A stretch of 64,000 nucleotides of DNA from positions 212,413 through 276,412 of the forward strand of contig CAZQFB010000001.1 in assembly GCA_964592525.1 (NCBI GenBank). The letters run 5' to 3'. Source of the stretch: an uncultured Candidatus Saccharibacteria bacterium. GTDB taxonomy: Bacteria; Patescibacteriota; WWE3; CAZQFB01. Made by a program: the position numbers and the translations under genes. Below the pieces are notes generated by a model, which had not been told where the DNA came from, ran no database searches, and saw nothing but the letters and a program-made list of their open reading frames with translations. Position 1 is the stretch's first letter; every line of letters begins with the position of its first letter. Of this stretch, positions 58,465-64,000 are shown piece after piece.

Positions 58465-58917
58465 ATGCTTATTGGGGAATATACTAGTCAAATTACCTCT
58501 GGAAACAGAACTGCCCTGCCCAAAAAGCTAAGAAGTGAACTTGGTAACTCAATTCTGCTTACGCGTGGCTATGAAAAATCTTTGCTGATTCTTTCTACGC
58601 TGGCTTGGCGGGAGCTAATCAGTAGTACGGCACGTGGTCCCTTTACCTCGCAAGCAGTTCGTGATACCGCTCGGTTTTTACTAGGTGGGGCGCATGAGGT
58701 CAGTCTTGATGGGCAAGGGCGCTTTGTCGTACCACCAGCCTTAGTTGAGTATGCTCAATTGCACAATGAAGTAATCTTTTTGGGTTTGGAGCGTTGGGTA
58801 GAATTATGGGATAAACAGCAGTGGCGCGAACGAGAAAAATATCTGGTTAAACATAGTGCGGTGATTGGGGAAGTGCTAACTAAGCTACAAGGAGATAATG
58901 AACAACCCGAATTTTAA
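58465..58917 (+). CDS. mraZ: Transcriptional regulator MraZ
   Basis: MLIGEY, LTRG.E and LDGQGRF motifs; first gene of the dcw cluster. Confidence 0.92.
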   Translation: MLIGEYTSQITSGNRTALPKKLRSELGNSILLTRGYEKSLLILSTLAWRELISSTARGPFTSQAVRDTARFLLGGAHEVSLDGQGRFVVPPALVEYAQLHNEVIFLGLERWVELWDKQQWREREKYLVKHSAVIGEVLTKLQGDNEQPEF

Positions 58918-59767
58918 ACACACGAGTGTTATGGCTCAAGAAGCAATAGAGTATCTAAATGTTCAGCCAGGTTGTTGGTATGTTGATGCTACTTTAGGAG
59001 GGGGAGGTCATGCCCAGAAGATTCTTGCCTTGGGAGGAAAAGTGCTCGGTTTGGATCAAGACCCCAATGCTTGTGCGTATGTGGCTTCATTAACTTTAAA
59101 AAATCTTAGCGTGAAGCAAGCTAATTTTAGGGAGCTGGAGAGAGTGGTTGCGGAGGAAGGGCTTGATCAGGTGATGGGAGTGCTTTTTGACTTGGGTATG
59201 AGTAGCTATCAATTGGAGCAATCGGGTTTGGGTTTTTCCTTTCAAAAAGATGAACCTTTAGATATGCGTATGGCTCCTACCATGGGAGTTACCGCTGCCG
59301 ATTTAGTTAATGGTTTAACGAAAAAAGAACTTAGTGAATTATTTAGTAAATATGGGGAAGAAAAGTTGGCTCGTTTGTATAGCGCGGCTATTGTTGAAGC
59401 CCGTTTAAAAAAACCGATAATGACTACTGCCGAATTAGTCACGATTTTAAAGAGTGTTTCAAGGTTTAGATTTTCGGGCTCTAAACATCCGGCGACTAGG
59501 GTTTTTCAAGCCTTACGCATAGCCGTCAATGATGAAATTAATGCCCTTAACCAAGGCTTAGCTGCGACCTTTCAGGTTTTGGCTGTGGGGGGTAGGTTAG
59601 TGGTGATTTCGTTTCATTCACTGGAGGATCGGGTGGTTAAAAACCTGCGCCAGGACAATCGCTGGCAGGAGCTTTCCGGGGTGATAACACCGACGGTTGA
59701 GGAAAGTAAAGCTAATCGTCGCTCGTCAAGTGCAAAATTAAGAGCTTATGAAAAAAGAAGTAACTAA
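58898..59767 (+). CDS. rsmH: 16S rRNA m4C1402 methyltransferase
   Basis: DATLGGGGH, DLG.SS.Q, PLDMRM, FQALRIAVN and SFHSLEDR motifs. Confidence 0.96.
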   Translation: MNNPNFKHTSVMAQEAIEYLNVQPGCWYVDATLGGGGHAQKILALGGKVLGLDQDPNACAYVASLTLKNLSVKQANFRELERVVAEEGLDQVMGVLFDLGMSSYQLEQSGLGFSFQKDEPLDMRMAPTMGVTAADLVNGLTKKELSELFSKYGEEKLARLYSAAIVEARLKKPIMTTAELVTILKSVSRFRFSGSKHPATRVFQALRIAVNDEINALNQGLAATFQVLAVGGRLVVISFHSLEDRVVKNLRQDNRWQELSGVITPTVEESKANRRSSSAKLRAYEKRSN

Positions 59768-60107
59768 TCATAATTTTAGGGGAAACCCGCAGGCTGATAA
59801 TAGGTTAACTAAGCTATCAAAATACCGTCGTCTTTTGGTATTAATGGTGATGTTTATTGGGGTATTGGGTTCTTTCTTTATCCAATTGGTATTTGCCAAT
59901 GGTTTAGCGACTAGAAGTGGGGAAATTAATAGTTTAGAGCGGGAAAAGAGTGCTTTGCATAAGGAGCTTGCCTTGCTTAATGAGGAGCGAAATCAGTTGT
60001 GTGCTGTGGACAGAATCATCAAACTGGCGACGGAAGAGCTGGGTCTTTCTTACCAGACCTCTCAATTTGAGTATCTCACTAATAAAGAATACGCTTATGA
60101 AGAATGA
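59748..60107 (+). CDS. ftsL: Cell division protein FtsL-like
   Basis: Single TM plus coiled coil, RI..LA..ELGL; lies between rsmH and the PBP gene. Confidence 0.65.
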   Translation: MKKEVTNHNFRGNPQADNRLTKLSKYRRLLVLMVMFIGVLGSFFIQLVFANGLATRSGEINSLEREKSALHKELALLNEERNQLCAVDRIIKLATEELGLSYQTSQFEYLTNKEYAYEE

Positions 60108-61930
60108 AGCATTTCTTAGTTGGTACTGATCGAATTAGTGTCCTGCTCTTTTTTGCTCTTATCTACTCGTCTTTGCTAATTTTAGGTTTATTTAATATTC
60201 AAGTTGTACAGGGAGAAAAATATGCCGTTGCTGCCGATAGACAGCATTGGGCTGGCTCAACAGTGTTGGCGAAGCGGGGAGAAATTTACTCCCGAGATGG
60301 TTACGTGTTAGCGACTAATAAAATATCTTATGAATTATATGCCGAACCGCTAAAAATTGTTTCTCCAATTGAAACAGCTGAAAAGATAATTAGTATTTTA
60401 GGTTTGGAGAAAACAGCCGAAACAGTTAATTTTGATGAGCACCAGTCAGAGAGGACTCCTTCCGAAAAGGAAGCTGTGGTTTTGGGTCACTTGACGGAGG
60501 TGTTGTCAACCAAACTGGATTGGGTTTCTTTATATCACCGAATTACTGAAGAACAACAGCTAACTTTTAAGCAGCAGCAAATTGATGGTTTGGGTTTTAG
60601 AGAAGAGACACATCGGTATTACCCCGAGGGATCATTAGCTGCGCATGTTTTGGGTTTTGTGGGTTCTGATTATCGGGGTGGGACGCAAGGTTATTATGGG
60701 ATTGAAGGTTATTACGATGGTGATTTAAGGGGTGCAGATGGCGAAATTTATCAGGAACAAACTGCTCGCGGCGAGCCTCTTTTAGTTGGTGGCTATCGCA
60801 GAGTGCCTGCTGTGGATGGGCGGGAATTACATCTTACGCTAGACAGGACGATCCAAGCTATCATTGAAAAGCATCTGCAAGCCGGTGTCGAACATTACGA
60901 TGCTTTGTCTGGTTCGGTGGTGGTGTTGGATCCCCAAACAGGGGCGCTTTTAGCCTTAGCTAATTACCCAGCCTTTGATCCTAACAATCCCTTTTTGGAA
61001 GAGAAAAAGCAGTTGGTATCTCCTCAAGAGGAGGATGTTGCGGTTTTGACCATTGAACCTAAAAGACCTAGCCAAGAAAGACGTAATCTGGCCATCGCCG
61101 CTACTTACGAGCCTGGTTCTATTATTAAGCCTTTCACTGTGGCAGCGGCTTTAGCGCTGCAAAAAGTGACACCCACGACTACAGTTTATGATAATGGTAA
61201 GATTTTTACCGCTGGGTACGAAATAGATAACTGGGATGGGGTTCATCACGGCGAAATCAGTGTGGTAGATATCTTAATCCTTTCTGATAATGTCGGTTCC
61301 GCCCAGATAGGCAAAATGGTTGGGGCAGTGTCATTATATGACTATTTTAGTAACTTTGGCTTAGGTACGATTACGGGTGTTGATCTTGAAGGTGAAGATA
61401 CCGGTTTGTTAAAAGACCCTTCGGTGTGGCGTGAACTTGATCTTATGACGGCGGCATTTGGTCAGGGTTTTTCGGCTACGCCCTTACAGCTGACTACTGC
61501 CTTTGGTGTATTTGCCAATCGTGGTGTATTAATGAAACCGTATGTAGTGGAGTCGGTGGTGGAGAGTGGTCTGGCGACGGAGTTTCCACCAGAAGAAATT
61601 ACGCGAGTACTCCCCGAAGAAATTGCGTTAACAGTGCAGGATATGTTGGTAAAAGCGGCCGAGGCGGGGGAGGCTAAGTTTTATAACATTCGTAATTACA
61701 CGATTGCGGGTAAAACCGGTACAGCGCAAATAGCCGAGGCTGGTAAATACCTTAAAGATAAAACTAATGCTTCTTTTGTCGGTTACTTGCCTAAGGAGCC
61801 GAAGTTTGTGCTTTTGGTTAAATTAGAAAAACCAACAGCTAGTGTTTATGCTGCTGAAACAGCAGTACCTTTGTGGATGGATATTACTAAGGATTTAATT
61901 ATTTATTTTGGCATTAGACCCGATAAATAA
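60104..61930 (+). CDS. ftsI: Class B penicillin-binding protein (FtsI/PBP3-like)
   Basis: RGEI..R, R.YP, EPGSIIK (SxxK), SDN and KTGT motifs. Confidence 0.88.
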   Translation: MKHFLVGTDRISVLLFFALIYSSLLILGLFNIQVVQGEKYAVAADRQHWAGSTVLAKRGEIYSRDGYVLATNKISYELYAEPLKIVSPIETAEKIISILGLEKTAETVNFDEHQSERTPSEKEAVVLGHLTEVLSTKLDWVSLYHRITEEQQLTFKQQQIDGLGFREETHRYYPEGSLAAHVLGFVGSDYRGGTQGYYGIEGYYDGDLRGADGEIYQEQTARGEPLLVGGYRRVPAVDGRELHLTLDRTIQAIIEKHLQAGVEHYDALSGSVVVLDPQTGALLALANYPAFDPNNPFLEEKKQLVSPQEEDVAVLTIEPKRPSQERRNLAIAATYEPGSIIKPFTVAAALALQKVTPTTTVYDNGKIFTAGYEIDNWDGVHHGEISVVDILILSDNVGSAQIGKMVGAVSLYDYFSNFGLGTITGVDLEGEDTGLLKDPSVWRELDLMTAAFGQGFSATPLQLTTAFGVFANRGVLMKPYVVESVVESGLATEFPPEEITRVLPEEIALTVQDMLVKAAEAGEAKFYNIRNYTIAGKTGTAQIAEAGKYLKDKTNASFVGYLPKEPKFVLLVKLEKPTASVYAAETAVPLWMDITKDLIIYFGIRPDK

Positions 61931-61995
61931 ATTTAGTGGCGTGATAATATCTTTTTATGAAGAAGTATTTCCAGCATATTGTCAATTGAGCTATC

Positions 61996-63237
61996 TTGGC
62001 CATGTCACAAATATTTAAGCGTATTTATCATAGGTTCATAGCGGTTTTGGCGACGGTCCGCTTTGGTTTTCCCGCGCGAAAATTAAAGTTGATTGGCGTT
62101 ACTGGTACTGATGGTAAAACTACTACTGCCCATTTAATTTATTTATTACTTTCTGCTGCGGGTAAAAAGGTGGGTCTTGTGACTACGGTTGATGCTCGTA
62201 TTGGTGGTCAGATCTATGATACTGGTTTTCATACTACCTCACCAGATGCTTGGCACTTACAGAAGTATCTGCACCAAATGGTAGAGGCGGGTGAAGAATA
62301 TGCTGTGTTGGAAACGACTTCTCATGGTCTAGCTCAAGATCGCTTTTGGGGGTTATCTTTTGCTGTGGGAGTGGTTACTAATTTGACCCACGAGCATTTA
62401 GATTACCACGGTTCGATAGCTAATTATCGAAAAGCGAAAGCTATTTTGTTTAGAAACTCAAAAGTGGCAGTCTTAAATGCTGATGATGAGTCGGTTGATT
62501 ATTTTAAAAGCGTGACTAAGGGTAAAGTGTTAACTTATGCGCTAAAAAACATAGCCGAGATTACTCCTCAAGCAGTCACTTATGATCAGGCAGGGCAAGA
62601 GCTTAAGATCGGCGATCAGTTATGGCGGGTACCTTTATATGGTGTATACAACACTTATAATTTATTAGCTGCTTGGGGAGTGGCGAATCTAGTAGGGGTT
62701 ACTAGTCAGGTTGCTCAAGAAGCTTTAAATAATTACCAGCCTTTGCCGGGTAGGTTTGAGCTAATTGATGAGGGGCAGGATTATCAAGTAGTGGTTGATT
62801 TTGCGCATACGCCAAATGCCTTAGAAAAATTATTATCATTAGCGCGTTCTCTGGTTAAGGATAAAAGAATTGTTGTTGTTTTTGGGTGTGCGGGTTTGAG
62901 AGATACCGAAAAACGTCCTCTGATGGGGCGAATAGCGGTTACCTTAGCTGATTTAAGTGTTTTTACCTCGGAGGACCCACGTACCGAAGATGAAGATACT
63001 ATTATCAGCGAAATAGTCAGTGGAGCTGTTGCGGTTGGTGGTGTGGAGGGGGTCCATTTTTTTCGCAAACCGGATAGAGGAGAGGCGATTGCCTTTGCCA
63101 TTCAGGAGTTAATGATGACTGGTGATATGCTTATAGTAACCGGTAAAGGTCATGAACACACTATGTGTTATGGTTCTCAAGAGGTGCCTTGGAGCGACCA
63201 AGAGTTTATTAGGCAAACTTTACGTAGCGCCCAATGA
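61996..63237 (+). CDS. murE: UDP-MurNAc-tripeptide synthetase (short form lacking the N-terminal domain)
   Basis: GVTGTDGKTTT, E.TSH, HEHLDYH, DFAHTP, FG..G.RD..KR, EDPR and GKGHE motifs. Confidence 0.9.
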   Translation: MAMSQIFKRIYHRFIAVLATVRFGFPARKLKLIGVTGTDGKTTTAHLIYLLLSAAGKKVGLVTTVDARIGGQIYDTGFHTTSPDAWHLQKYLHQMVEAGEEYAVLETTSHGLAQDRFWGLSFAVGVVTNLTHEHLDYHGSIANYRKAKAILFRNSKVAVLNADDESVDYFKSVTKGKVLTYALKNIAEITPQAVTYDQAGQELKIGDQLWRVPLYGVYNTYNLLAAWGVANLVGVTSQVAQEALNNYQPLPGRFELIDEGQDYQVVVDFAHTPNALEKLLSLARSLVKDKRIVVVFGCAGLRDTEKRPLMGRIAVTLADLSVFTSEDPRTEDEDTIISEIVSGAVAVGGVEGVHFFRKPDRGEAIAFAIQELMMTGDMLIVTGKGHEHTMCYGSQEVPWSDQEFIRQTLRSAQ

Positions 63238-64000
63238 AGAAAAAAGCATATATCATTGGTATTGCCGGTAAAGCGACTGCTTCTCTAGCGGAGATGTTTA
63301 TTAAAATGGGTTGGGAAGTAGAAGGTTCAGATCAAGGTTGTTACCCCCCCGCCAGCACCTTTTTGGATACTTTGGGAGTTAAGTACCACATCCCATACTC
63401 CGCCGATAATTTGAAAGCAGAGCCCGATTTGGTTGTGGTTGGTGGTAATGCTTTAATTGTTGATAAAAACAACCCAGAATTCTTTAAAGCCAAAGAGCTG
63501 GGTCTTAAGGTGGTAGGTTTCCCAGAGGTTCTGCGGGAGTTTGTAGTAAAAAAGAACTCTATTGTGTCTGTCGGCAACTACGGAAAAACCAGTACTGTTG
63601 GGATTCTTTCTTGGGTTCTTTACCAGAACGGGTTTGATCCCAGCTTCATGATCGGGGCTATTCCCTTAAACTTCAACTCGGGTATTCGTATCTCTGCTGG
63701 TAACTGGAGTGTGCTTGAAGGAGATGAACATCCTACTATTGGGTATAGTCCCAAACCAAAATTTTATTGGTACGACCCCACCATTCTCCTTTTTACCTCG
63801 GCGCAATGGGATCATATCAATGTTTATCCGACCGAAGAAGCTTATGTTCAAGTCTATAAAGAGCAAGTGAAAACGATGCCGAAAGATGGGGTTATTGTTG
63901 CTTGTCTTGATGGACAGCATGTTTCAGAGGTTATTAAAGAAGCCAGTTGTGAGGTGGTTACTTATTCGGTTCATGATACCAGCGCGGACTATTATGTAGA
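63234..64000 (+). CDS. Mur ligase, Mpl/MurC family (runs off window end)
   Basis: Translated by hand from ATG 63234 overlapping the murE stop: IIGIAG, GSD...YPP.S, GNA, GKTST, EGDE and WDH motifs. Confidence 0.85.
   Translation, partial: MKKKAYIIGIAGKATASLAEMFIKMGWEVEGSDQGCYPPASTFLDTLGVKYHIPYSADNLKAEPDLVVVGGNALIVDKNNPEFFKAKELGLKVVGFPEVLREFVVKKNSIVSVGNYGKTSTVGILSWVLYQNGFDPSFMIGAIPLNFNSGIRISAGNWSVLEGDEHPTIGYSPKPKFYWYDPTILLFTSAQWDHINVYPTEEAYVQVYKEQVKTMPKDGVIVACLDGQHVSEVIKEASCEVVTYSVHDTSADYYV

Noticed and set aside
559-63920. Numerous 60-160 aa ORFs nested in or antisense to long genes (e.g. 13447-13920, 21765-22163, 62784-63101)
   Set aside because: They overlap well-supported genes and show no independent coding evidence.
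1-64000. CRISPR arrays, tRNA/rRNA genes, IS transposases, alternative genetic code
   Set aside because: None recognised by eye; long ORFs end normally at TGA, consistent with code 11.

Overview
Chromosomal window from what looks like a Patescibacteria (CPR; Microgenomates/WWE3-like) genome using genetic code 11. The taxonomy is inferred from gene content, leaderless starts and a short MurE. About 1-53.4 kb is a very large cell-surface glycosylation region: about 14 GT-C-fold membrane glycosyltransferases (including an O-antigen-ligase/ArnT-PMT fusion), 6 GT2, 9 GT4-type enzymes, three kinds of flippase-like protein, a priming phosphoglycosyl transferase and a DUF4012-like protein. It also has a B12 radical SAM enzyme with a ferredoxin, an FAD oxidoreductase, a C39-like peptidase and an L,D-transpeptidase. 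Interspersed are an orphan gene resembling a DGR target, two unexplained highly structured non-coding segments (about 15.38-15.56 kb and 38.17-38.34 kb) and short REP-like palindromes. Between recO and glyQS lies a small integron-like element: attI, two cassettes, two branched attC-like sites, and a tyrosine recombinase that appears to lack the IntI-specific insertion. Its cassettes have unusually long terminal inverted repeats. The window ends in the dcw cluster (mraZ, rsmH, ftsL, ftsI, murE, partial mpl/murC). All family calls come from motif recognition by eye; no searches were run.
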